A stretch of DNA of 64,000 nucleotides. Origin: Utricularia gibba. Lineage: Eukaryota; Plantae; Magnoliophyta. Where the stretch lies: positions 2,108,001 through 2,172,000 of the forward strand of contig CM007991.1 in assembly GCA_002189035.1 (NCBI GenBank), written 5' to 3'. Below, piece after piece: positions 41,599 to 51,702 of this stretch. The position numbers were made by a program, and so were the translations under genes. Position 1 is the first letter of the stretch. Every line of letters begins with the position of its first letter. Below the pieces are notes generated by a model that was not told where the DNA came from, made no database searches, and saw nothing but the letters and a program-made list of their open reading frames with translations.

Positions 41599-43960
41599 AT
41601 GGCGATCTTCTTCTCTTCACGCCCTTTTTCGAGGGAGAATCTCTGTTTGTTTGTCTTCGTGCTGCTGATGTTTTCCGCCGTCCACCGAATTTCAGCCAGG
41701 GTACTTTTGTTTTTCGTATGGATTTTCTAAAAGTTTGAGAGTGACTGGGAATCTGATGGGCAGGAATCAAATGGATCGATGGGGAGTCTGAGTCGCCGTA
41801 GTAAAGTGAGTACCTTGACTCCGATATCATTTTCTTATGCTGTTTCTGAATACGGGGAGGTGCATTCTTGCTTTTATGATCTAGAGATCTGTGTAGGTTT
41901 CTCTGTAGAATACTAGTTTTAGAATGTTCCGAGACGTTGGCTGTTCGCTAATTCACTCTGATAATCTGAATCAAAGATCCCCCCCCCCCCCCCCCCCGGT
42001 CACTATAAGTGCTGGGTTACTCATGGTTTTCACGTAGATCTCATTCAGTTGGTCTCCGAAGTTGCAAGCTTTCCACTTTACATATGTTGACTTTTGAAAG
42101 TCAGAGGAACCGAATTGCATTAGTCATCCTGTCAAGATCTGGGATTGTTGGAATGTCCATATTGCTGATTTCCAGAAGCTAAGCCTTGCTGTATCTTGCG
42201 TGTTTCAATTGTTTGACACATTAAATTTCTACTGGGTAGTTAGTTTGTGTGGTAGTCATGTGTCTGGGAACGAAGCTAATAGCTCCCGTTTAGCTGGGTA
42301 CATAGGTCCATCTGGAAATAGTTTGAATTCAGTTGACTTTGAATTCCTATATTTTTGGTTCTGCAGCACTTCAGCAGAGTTTTTAGCTGGGTGCAGATAT
42401 TTGTTGACAAAATTAAGGGCGGCATTGCCAAAGATGGAAAAGATGTTGCTTCTGTTAATCTCGGTGTTAATTTAGACTCTGGCCTTGGGATCTTTGACGC
42501 CTTTTTTGCAAGTCTGTCCATGATCATTGTCAGTGAGGTACACGATGGTGCTAAATGAATTTATGCATGAGAATTATCTCTCGCTTTTTTTCTTTTTTTT
42601 TAATGCAAGATTGAAGTTGAATGGCATAAACTCTGGATGTTCACTAATTTTATTTGCTCTGATGCTGGTGTCTTTTATATGGTGTTTGATGCGTTAGATT
42701 GGCGATGAGACTTTTATCATAGCTGCTCTTATGGCCATGCGTCATCCAAAGTCAATTGTATTATCTGGTGCGCTCAGTGCTCTGTTTGTAATGACGGTAA
42801 GTTGAATATTCCAACAGGTCACTTCAATCAAGACATATATAAATTCAGCGTCTTTTTATCTTCATTGTTGTTTAGCTCGGAGCATATTTCTGTTTTTCTT
42901 TTTCTGTCCATGAATTTGCGTTGAAATCCTCAGTGTGACTCGGATTCTGGTTGTCAAAAATTGCACCCAGGTACTTTCAACTGGCCTTGGTAGGATAGTG
43001 CCGAATTTGATATCAAGGAAGCATACGAATAGTGCAGCTACAGGTTTTTGAATTACTTAATCTTTATCAACTAAAAATTCTCTCACTTGCATATAGTAAA
43101 TGGTTATATTTCATGGTTCGCTCTTGCAGTTCTTTATGCATTTTTTGGGCTCCGACTACTTTACATTGCATGGAGATCGGACCCAAAATCTTCACAGAAA
43201 AAAGAGATAGAGGAAGTATGTTTCTTGTCTGCATACTTAGTCATGTGCACATACATTAACTTTGGTTGCTTAGTGTTTCACTTTCAGAAGTGCTCATTAG
43301 TATCTGGACTAGTTTGGATGCCTAGGCGGCGCCTGATCAATTTGCTGGCTGTCTTTTCCAAATCATCATAATTACCGTACTCAGGTCCTGTAAATGATAC
43401 AGGTGGAAGAAAAACTTGAATCCGGGCAAGGCAAATCAGCAATCAGGCGCTTCTTTTCTAGGTTCTGTACCCCAATCTACTTGGAGGTCCGTCTTTCTCA
43501 TTGCTCTGAGAGGCATTGCTATTCTCACTCAAGTTATTTCTCCAAACGTTTCTTTTCTGCAATCCCGCCTAGAGGCTTCTCTTTGTTAACTTCTTGTCTG
43601 CGTACAGTCATTCATCTTGACGTTCTTAGCTGAATGGGGAGATCGAAGCCAGATAGCGACGATTGCTGTAAGGCCTCTACCAATGTTGTCCAGTTTCCAT
43701 TACTGCTAGTACTCAAGATGTTTGGAAACCAAGAATGAGTTGCATGTGGCTGATAGACTTCATGTTATGTAGCTGGCAACGCACAAGAATGCAGTTGGGG
43801 TTGCAGTTGGGGCAGCCATTGGACACTTCATCTGCACATCCATTGCTGTGGTTGGTGGAAGCATGCTGGCATCCAAGATTTCACAGAGAACAGTGGCGAC
43901 CATTGGAGGTCTGCTCTTCCTCGGCTTTTCACTGTCCTCTTACTTCTACCCCCAATGTAA
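41599..43960 (+). CDS. GDT1: GDT1-like (UPF0016) Ca2+/Mn2+ transporter, At5g36290-like
   Basis: Both family motifs present (SEIGDETF and AEWGDRSQ), plus MRHPKSIVLSGAL. 9 exons. The expected FYPPM* end needs one extra C at 43949-43953; as written the frame runs to a TGA at 43989-43991. Confidence 0.93.
41979..41997. repeat. C19 homopolymer in a GDT1 intron
   Basis: Read directly. Confidence 0.9.
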
Positions 43961-44097
43961 GTTGAGTTCACTTGTAGGAGTAACTCTATGAGGAAAAAAA
44001 AAAAAAGAAAATCATATGCAGCATTTGGGTTATGCTTGACATCTTTTATCTTGCTTCACTCATACGAGTATCATGGATTCTATTGCCTCCACACCTG

Positions 44098-44457
44098 TTA
44101 ACTGCTGATGCAGTAAACCCTGCTGTAGCATGTCCATTTATGCAAAAGACAAGGACCTATGCAAACTGTTGGATGTAAAAGAAGGAATTTTCCCTGCACC
44201 AGGATGCCTGCGCTTCCATTATTGGCATTAGTTCCCTCTGGGGAGAAAGCCTCACCCACTTGCAATTCGGTAAATCTGATGGTCACAAGTTGATTATCTT
44301 CTGCTAAAAGACAGTCCCCACCTTCGTTGCATCCAATCTGGTGAATCAGCAGCTTGCCCCCATGCTTCATACTGTTTGCTTCTTCCTCCAAAGACGAGGA
44401 ACACAATGAAGAGAATCGCAATGGTTCCCTGATGGGTTGCATCTGTGAACGAATCAT
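44098..44457 (-). CDS. Hypothetical 119-aa protein, no confident family
   Basis: Uninterrupted ORF from a true ATG (gcgATGa) in the only gap between GDT1 and APRL. A pyrimidine-rich leader-like sequence lies upstream on the minus strand. No recognised domain. Confidence 0.4.
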   Translation of the reverse strand: MIRSQMQPIREPLRFSSLCSSSLEEEANSMKHGGKLLIHQIGCNEGGDCLLAEDNQLVTIRFTELQVGEAFSPEGTNANNGSAGILVQGKFLLLHPTVCIGPCLLHKWTCYSRVYCISS

Positions 44458-44886
44458 CGCAGCAGCTCAAAAGATCCACCACAAATTAGCAGTATGTACG
44501 CCTTTTTTTCCATTTTTTTCGGAGTGTGGTCGGTAAAAGTGGGTTCCGGGGTAAATTTGCGTAGTCCGAGAAGCCACAAAGGACGGTGAATAAACTTATT
44601 AAATTATGATCTAGGGATTCCGGCCGACTGGTCGACATCTTAAAAAAAATCAGACATTCGTTGGTGAAAAGATTAGTTTTCAATTTCACGAATCCGGAAA
44701 AGGATTGAGCGAGGAAGGAAAGCAACGGCTGCGCAGGTCTGTGAATTTCCTGAAATTCGAATGCTTTCATTTCGATTCTATGCGGTTGATTCGTTCTCCT
44801 AATTCGCGTTTTTTAGGCATACCTTTTGGAAGACGAGTCAGGATTTTGTGGAGAAATTGAGGATTTCTTTGATGTGCGTGTTGTAA

Positions 44887-46095
44887 ATGAAGGCTTTCCT
44901 ACGAAAATGTTTGTGTATCTTGCTGGGAGTATGTGTTTTCACGGTATCGGGAATACCAGCCGTGTCGTCGGCAACCTCGCCCTCGATTTGCAGCAGTAGA
45001 CTCAACAATTTTCTTCTCGATCTCAGCTCCCAATGCCCCCTTCAAATCCTTTCGCCTCCTTACCAGTTCAGGTACTTTTTTATGTAATTGTTGTTACTCA
45101 TCTGTTTTGGTCGTGGAATTTGTATTCCTGAAGTTCATCTGATTTGTTTTCTTATTGACATATTGGTGGGGGGCGTAGGTGGATGGAGAATCGTTACAGA
45201 AAGCTATTGCCTCTATTGACAAGAATGAGTATATTGCCGTTCTCTTTTATGCTGCTTGGTGTCCATTTTCCAACATCTTGGTTTCGAGGTTTGGGAATCT
45301 TAGCTTCTTGTATCCCCAGATCAAGCATTTGATGGTGGAGCAATCTTCTGCAACACCAAGGTGATTCTTTTTGTTCTTGTTTTTCTCACCCACTCGCTCT
45401 CTACAAGTTGTGGTTTCTTAAGTTGTGGTTTCTTAAGTTTTGTTCAAGGCTCAAAAATTTATCTGAATTCCTGGCAGCATTTTCTCCATCTATGGGGTAC
45501 ACAGTGTCCCTTCACTGTTGATCGTGAACCAGACGACCAAAAGGCGATATGCTGGTGTAAAAGATATGCATTCCCTCGTGAGCTTTTATAAAAGAATTAC
45601 AGGTGACAAATGCTCTCCTTTTCTCCGCTGCACCGCACCCTTTTTGTTTCTGTACGTTGTTCCCTGAATGGTTGTGATCATTCAGGGCTTGATCCCATGG
45701 TTGGAGAGGCATCAATTGATTCCGAGAGTAAACAAGGCATGCAGCATCCGCAGGGAGGAACAACACGCTTGAAGGAAACCTTCTTGAGGGACCCTTACCT
45801 CTTGCTTTCTATAGTGTTCATCACTTTGAGAGCAGTTAACTATTTCTTCCCAGAGAGCGCATCTCGTTTACTGGCACTGTGGGCAACGTGCATTCCTCAC
45901 CTAAATCTGGGGATTTTTGGCGAACCACAGCAGATAGTGGAGCGCCTACTGCATTTGATAGATGTTAAAAGAATTTGGAGAAGGCTGAGACTGCTGAAAA
46001 ATCAGAACTTCCACAAAGGCGCGAGAAACGCCCGTGGTTGGGCATCGTCCCTGGCTTCTGTATCAATGGGGGAGACATCGTCATCCAGAGCCTGA
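44887..46095 (+). CDS. APRL: 5'-adenylylsulfate reductase-like thioredoxin protein (APRL5/7-like; one apparent frameshift)
   Basis: Signal peptide, thioredoxin-like LFYAAWCPFS, DPYLLLSIVF transmembrane segment and conserved end ARGWASSLASVSMGETSS. 4 exons. Exon 1 needs one extra C at 45036-45040 to splice in phase to VDGESL. Confidence 0.9.
45405..45434. repeat. Perfect 15-bp tandem duplication in an APRL intron
   Basis: aagttgtggtttctt x2, followed by a partial third copy. Confidence 0.9.
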
Positions 46096-46338
46096 GACAT
46101 GTAAGTGTAACTCTTTACCCCCTCCTCTGTGTGCAGTTTGCTGTTTGTAACCCTATCTCATTGCAACTGGCTTTCATCCTTCTCCTTTCTCACTTTTCCA
46201 CACCCCTTTGCCCCCTGCTTGTAAAATTTAGTTGTGAAGAACATTTCAATAAAAATGCATGAAAACTAGTTTTTTCTTGTTCTCATAGTTGTGAACACAA
46301 AACTTCACACTATACTTTGTCATCATACATACATGAGG

Positions 46339-48492
46339 TTACAGGCGTCTTCTCTCATCAGCACTGCTGCTGTTTCCATGGCATCTACACATTCTATTGG
46401 AATTGAAAGCCCAGAAAGCCAAAGCTACACCAACAAATCCAACTGAAAATCCCAACAAAAACGCGAAACTGCTCCACATGCTGCTGCTGTGTTCCTCCCC
46501 AGGCGGTGGGGGTGATGGTTGAGCTCTATTGTTGCAGCTCTTCTTCAACACAGGGCCACAAAGCTTTGGATTCCCCAAAAATGAAGAAACAGGGAAGGTT
46601 TCAAACTGAGAGCCGCTTGGAATCTCACCATCTAGATCATTATTCGCTACACTGAACGAAGACAGGAAGTGCAGTCTGGTTAACGACTCTGGTATCTCCC
46701 CTGTGAGATGGTTGCTTGACATATCCAGTCTCTCCAGGTTCACCAAACCTGATAACTGATCTGGAATGCTGCCATTGAAGCTGTTGAAGCTCAAATCCAG
46801 GATATGTAGCAGCTTGAGTGTGCCGATTTCAGGGGGTATTGGTCCACTCAAGTTGTTGTTCCCAACTTTCAGTCCTCGTTTCAGATTGAACAGCGTGTTG
46901 TACTGAAGACTGTCGAATAAGAACGGTAATGCCAAGTAGGTCAGATCGGAGCTGGAGTTATCGGAAGTTAGAGCACGGAGGCGCGAGAGTTCGCGGGGGA
47001 GTTCGCCGGTGAGTTGGTTTTGGGTAAAGTTGAGAACAAAAAGACTCGGCATATCTCCGAGCCACGGCGGAATGGGGCCGGAGACGTTGTTGTAGGAGAG
47101 ATTCAATACTTTGAGCTTCCTCAGATGTGAAATCCAGTATGGGATCTGTCCACTGAGTTTGCAGCCTCCGAGAGTGAGAATCTGAAGAGCTTCAAAGCCG
47201 CTGAGTTGGTAGAGATCATCATCATCAGGCATCTGCTCGTCGCTGAAGCATCTCGACATGAAGAGGACCGCCAGGTTCTTGCAATGGCGGAGGGTTTTCA
47301 AGGCACCCGTCACGTTGGAGAGGTAATTGTTGGATACTGAGAAATGGGCAAGGGGGGCCATCGAAGACATACACGACGGAATCTCGCCGGTGAAGTTGTT
47401 GTACGCTAATCGGACGGCGGTGAGGGATGGGCAGCGGCAGAGGCTATCTGGGATTCCGCCATAAAAGGTGTTGTTACCCAAATCAATGGTGTTGAGTTTC
47501 TGCAGTCTGGAGAAGTCGATATTGGAGACGTCGCCTTGAAACAGGTTGTTCCTCAGAAGCAGAGTTGTGAGATTTGTGCAGTTGAACAAAGATGGCGAAA
47601 GATTCCCGCTGAAATTGTTGTTATGAAGAAGAAGCTGTTGTAAATTGAGAAGCCGGTCAATATCGCCAGGGATTTCACCGCTGAGTCCGTTGTAATGAAG
47701 CTCCAAGACCCTGAGATTGAAGAGATCGGCGATTCGCCGGTCAATTACTCCGGTGAAGTTATTCCCCGGAAACGACAGTACGGTCAGATTTTCCATCTGG
47801 AAGACCTGTTCTGGCAAATTCCCGGCGAGTAAATTAAACCCCACTCTGAAAACCCGCAAACTCGCACACTCGCCGCGGCGAAGAGAAACCTCGCCGCTGA
47901 ATTCGTTCCCGGAGAAATCAAGAACCTCGATACCGGGAAGCCTGAAGCAAATCTGCAAAGGTAGCGGGCCGGAGAAACCATTATTACTGACGTTGAAACT
48001 GGCCAAATTCGACGCACGATTCAGAAACGAAGGATCAAGAGACCCATCAAACAAATTACTCGAAACATCAACAGCTCGAATCGAATAACCAAATCCAGAG
48101 GCAGAGGCTCCGACCGGCCAAAGAGGGCCAACGAACCGGTTGAAGCTCAGGTCAAGAACCCGAAGACGGCGCAAGGAGGAGAAAATCGGAAGGGGTGAAG
48201 GCCCAGAGAGGAGATTGTGGGAAAGGTCGAGGAAAACAAGAAAGGAGAGGTTACCGAGCGAAGGAGAAACATGGCCGGAGAGGCCTTTCCCCTCGAGTGA
48301 CAAATGGGTAACACGGTGACCGGCGGCGCAGGTGACCCCCGGCCAACCGCAGCAATCAGAGGAGGAGTTAAGGGGCACAGCAAGGGAGCTGAAGAAAGGG
48401 AGCAGCGAGCTGCGGTCAACGGCATGGCAGGCGAAGGATACGGGAAGGAGAAGGAGAAAGAGTAGCGTGGAGGTAAAGATTCGAGACAGCAT
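46339..48492 (-). CDS. LRR receptor-like protein without kinase (RLP2/RLP3/PSY1R-ectodomain-like), 717 aa, intronless
   Basis: Signal peptide MLSRIFTSTLLFLLLLP, CCGWPGVTC N-cap, about 20 plant LRRs (LxxLDLSxNxLSGxIP) with an island before the last repeats, GNPKLCG C-cap, a GxxxG transmembrane helix and a short tail. Confidence 0.93.
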   Translation of the reverse strand: MLSRIFTSTLLFLLLLPVSFACHAVDRSSLLPFFSSLAVPLNSSSDCCGWPGVTCAAGHRVTHLSLEGKGLSGHVSPSLGNLSFLVFLDLSHNLLSGPSPLPIFSSLRRLRVLDLSFNRFVGPLWPVGASASGFGYSIRAVDVSSNLFDGSLDPSFLNRASNLASFNVSNNGFSGPLPLQICFRLPGIEVLDFSGNEFSGEVSLRRGECASLRVFRVGFNLLAGNLPEQVFQMENLTVLSFPGNNFTGVIDRRIADLFNLRVLELHYNGLSGEIPGDIDRLLNLQQLLLHNNNFSGNLSPSLFNCTNLTTLLLRNNLFQGDVSNIDFSRLQKLNTIDLGNNTFYGGIPDSLCRCPSLTAVRLAYNNFTGEIPSCMSSMAPLAHFSVSNNYLSNVTGALKTLRHCKNLAVLFMSRCFSDEQMPDDDDLYQLSGFEALQILTLGGCKLSGQIPYWISHLRKLKVLNLSYNNVSGPIPPWLGDMPSLFVLNFTQNQLTGELPRELSRLRALTSDNSSSDLTYLALPFLFDSLQYNTLFNLKRGLKVGNNNLSGPIPPEIGTLKLLHILDLSFNSFNGSIPDQLSGLVNLERLDMSSNHLTGEIPESLTRLHFLSSFSVANNDLDGEIPSGSQFETFPVSSFLGNPKLCGPVLKKSCNNRAQPSPPPPGEEHSSSMWSSFAFLLGFSVGFVGVALAFWAFNSNRMCRCHGNSSSADERRRL

Positions 48493-49272
48493 GTGGGCGG
48501 CGTGAGCGGCGCTCAGGCTGCGGCAGCCATGTTTCCTTCTAAATACCCAGCCCAGCCGCAGTCTCCACAGTCCCGCCGTTGACATCCCTCCACTCCACTC
48601 CACCATTTCCTTCCGGGGGTCCACCCTCCCTTGTCCTCGCTACCCACTTTCTCCCCTCCGTCAGTAGGGTTCAGTGATTGGGACTGAAGCGTAGTGCAAG
48701 TGGGCGCGGGAAGGAAGACTAACGGTGACTTTCTGTAACGGAAACAGCCCACACCACTGAAATGGCAGCCCGCCCGTCGTCGGTCATGGTCGGCGACAAG
48801 GAAAGCCAAGGCTGACTGGGACAGCCTCCACGGCAAGACAAACAAGGAATTTCCGCGTCCGGCCAGCAGAATTGACCCACCCTCAATTTCCTTTTATTAT
48901 TACTATTATTAGAAATGCGGGCATCCCCACGCGCTTTCCTTCACTTCACACCTTCGAATGCGACGCGACATTTTTAGAATGGTTCTTGACATGCCGTACT
49001 ATAAGATGTCATTCCCAGTTTTTTGTATTTAATTCACATGCCATTAGGTATCTTGGGCCGCGTTAACGGGCCTGTGGATATGGAAAACCACGGCGCGGCC
49101 CATAGCTTTGGTTTTAGGGGTAATAAATGTGGTGTTGACATTTCTCCTCTGGATTATTCTTTTTTTAATAATATTTTTTTATTTATTTATGGGCGTGAAG
49201 GCTTGCGTTTGATTGATTAATTAACCCTGGAAAGAGGAGGAAGGCTCAGAGACGGTTTTGCAGAAGGGAGCT

Positions 49273-51041
49273 ATGGAGGAGAATCGTGATGCGTTCACCC
49301 AGCTTCGCCCCAAGACGAAGATCGTCTGCACTCTGGGACCGGCGTCACGGTCTGTTCCCATGGCGGAGAAGCTTCTTCGCGCGGGTATGAACGTCGCCAG
49401 GTTCAATTTTTCCCACGGTTCGCACGAGTACCACCAGGAAACCCTTGATAATCTCCGCCGCGCTATGGAGAATACAGGGATTCTTTGCGCCGTCATGCTT
49501 GACACTAAGGCAATATCTTAATTTTCCTCTATTTGATTTTCGTCGATGGGTGTCGCTTTTTTGGGTTTCTTATTTTCGACCGTCGCCGTGCCTTTGATGT
49601 TTGAACTCAGGGTCCGGAGATTCGAACTGGTTTTCTCAAAGATGGGAAGCCGATTCAGTTGACGCAGGGGAACGAGATCACTATATCCACTGATTACACT
49701 ATCAAGGGAGATGCGAACATGATCTCCATGAGTTACAAGAAGCTACCTCAGGATGCGAAGCCTGGGAGCGTTATTCTGTGTGCTGATGGCACCATCTCTT
49801 TCAAGGTTTTGGAATGCGACAAGCAGAAAGGTTTGGTAAGATGCAGGTGTGAGAACACAGCAGTTCTTGGGGAGAGAAAGAATGTTAATCTTCCAGGGGT
49901 GGTGGTTGATCTCCCTACACTGACTGAAAAGGACAAGGAAGATATCTTGAAGTGGGGGGTTCCTAACAAAATCGATATGATTGCGCTATCATTTGTTCGT
50001 AAAGGTTCAGACTTGGTAGAAGTTCGGAGGGTGCTGGGGAAACATGCCAAGACCATTCTTCTTATGTCAAAGGTTAGTCTCCAAATTCTGGGCATCTTGA
50101 TACCATATTTGGGCTTCAAACAGGAATTGTACTTGTATGTGCTGAAATAGGAATAATTTTTCCAATTGAATCGATACCTGAACTGGGAGAATCACCTGAG
50201 ATGATTTTCATGATTGGTTATGTGACAGGTTGAAAATCAAGAAGGTGTGGCAAATTTCGATGACATTTTAGCCAACTCGGATGCCTTCATGGTTGCTCGA
50301 GGTGATCTGGGAATGGAAATCCCTATCGAGAAGATCTTCTTAGCTCAGAAGGTAATGATATACAAATGTAACATCCAAGGGAAGCCTGTTGTCACTGCAA
50401 CACAGATGCTGGAGTCCATGATCAAGTCCCCCAGGCCAACTCGAGCGGAAGCTACAGATGTTGCAAATGCCGTCCTTGATGGAACAGACTGCGTCATGCT
50501 CAGTGGTGAAACAGCCGCAGGAGCCTATCCCGACCTTGCAGTCCGCACAATGGCAAAGATCTGTATCGAGGCCGAAAGCACCATCGACTATGGCGATGTC
50601 TTCAAGCGCATAATGCTAAACGCACCGGTCCCAATGAGCCCACTGGAAAGTCTAGCCTCATCCGCCGTGCGGACGGCCAACTCCGCCAAGGCTGCTCTGA
50701 TCCTAGTCCTCACAAGGGGTGGAAGCACTGCCAAGCTGTTGGCTAAGTACAGACCCGGGCTTCCCATACTGTCGGTGGTGGTGCCGGAAATCAAGTCCGA
50801 TTCATTCGACTGGACCTGCAGCGACGAGTCCCCCGCCAGGCACAGCCTCATCTTCAGGGGGCTCATCCCCGTCCTCTGCGCCGGCTCCACGAGAGCTTCC
50901 CACGAGGAGTCGACAGAAGAAGCTCTGGACTTTGCTCTTCAGCACGCCAAGGCAAAGGGCCTCTGCAAGGCGGGCGATGCCGTGGTGGCCATTCACAGGA
51001 TCGGCACTGCATCCATCATCAAGATCGTGACTGTCAAGTGA
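49273..51041 (+). CDS. PK: Pyruvate kinase, cytosolic isozyme
   Basis: KTKIVCTLGPAS, RFNFSHG, MLDTK|GPEIRT, MVARGDLGME, TQMLESM, PTRAEATDV and VMLSGETA. Exons 49273-49509, 49611-50072, 50229-51041; intron 1 is GC-AG. Confidence 0.97.
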
Positions 51042-51416
51042 AAGCGATTTGCTGGCTGGCTGGCTGGCATCAATCAGCAGCAAAACTGTCGTCTTTATCC
51101 CCGTCTTAGTTCAGACCTTCCACTTGACACCTGTCCTCTTTGACTTTCTACCACTCGAAATAATTAGTTATTGAACTTGCGGCAAGTAGGATTTCTATTC
51201 GTGCCGCTGATGAAGATTCGCAGGCCTTACTTTTTTGCTCACTGATCGACATTCTATGTATTAAAATTGGACGGTGGATTGAATTGTTCATTTTTACATG
51301 AACACGAATCATCTGTTGTACGCATGTTTGTCTGAAAAACATTACTAAAAAGGTTATATCAATACAAAAAAATTACTAAATACAGTTTGAATGCATCAGT
51401 ATAGCATGGAGTTGAT

Positions 51417-51420
<4 letters not shown>

Positions 51421-51455
<35 letters not shown>

Positions 51456-51458
51456 TTT
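51421..51458. repeat. (TA)13 microsatellite followed by a poly-T run
   Basis: Read directly in the PK-SKS intergenic region. Confidence 0.9.
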
Positions 51459-51702
51459 ATGTGAGTAGAGCAGAGCATAATTATAAAAATGGTAATTAAT
51501 TTGATATTTGTAAGAAAAGAAGGAAGAAAAAAAACACATCTGTCTGTCATCCAATGGGCATGAAATTCGGCATGAAACATGGAGAGAACCATCGGAGAAG
51601 GAGAGGCGCTTCCCGCTATAAGATGGCACTCAACGCGCACGTCATATACGCACCCCCCCGACAGGAGGAGCTCCTTCTTCTTTATTTTTGTTCTGGGGAA
51701 AA

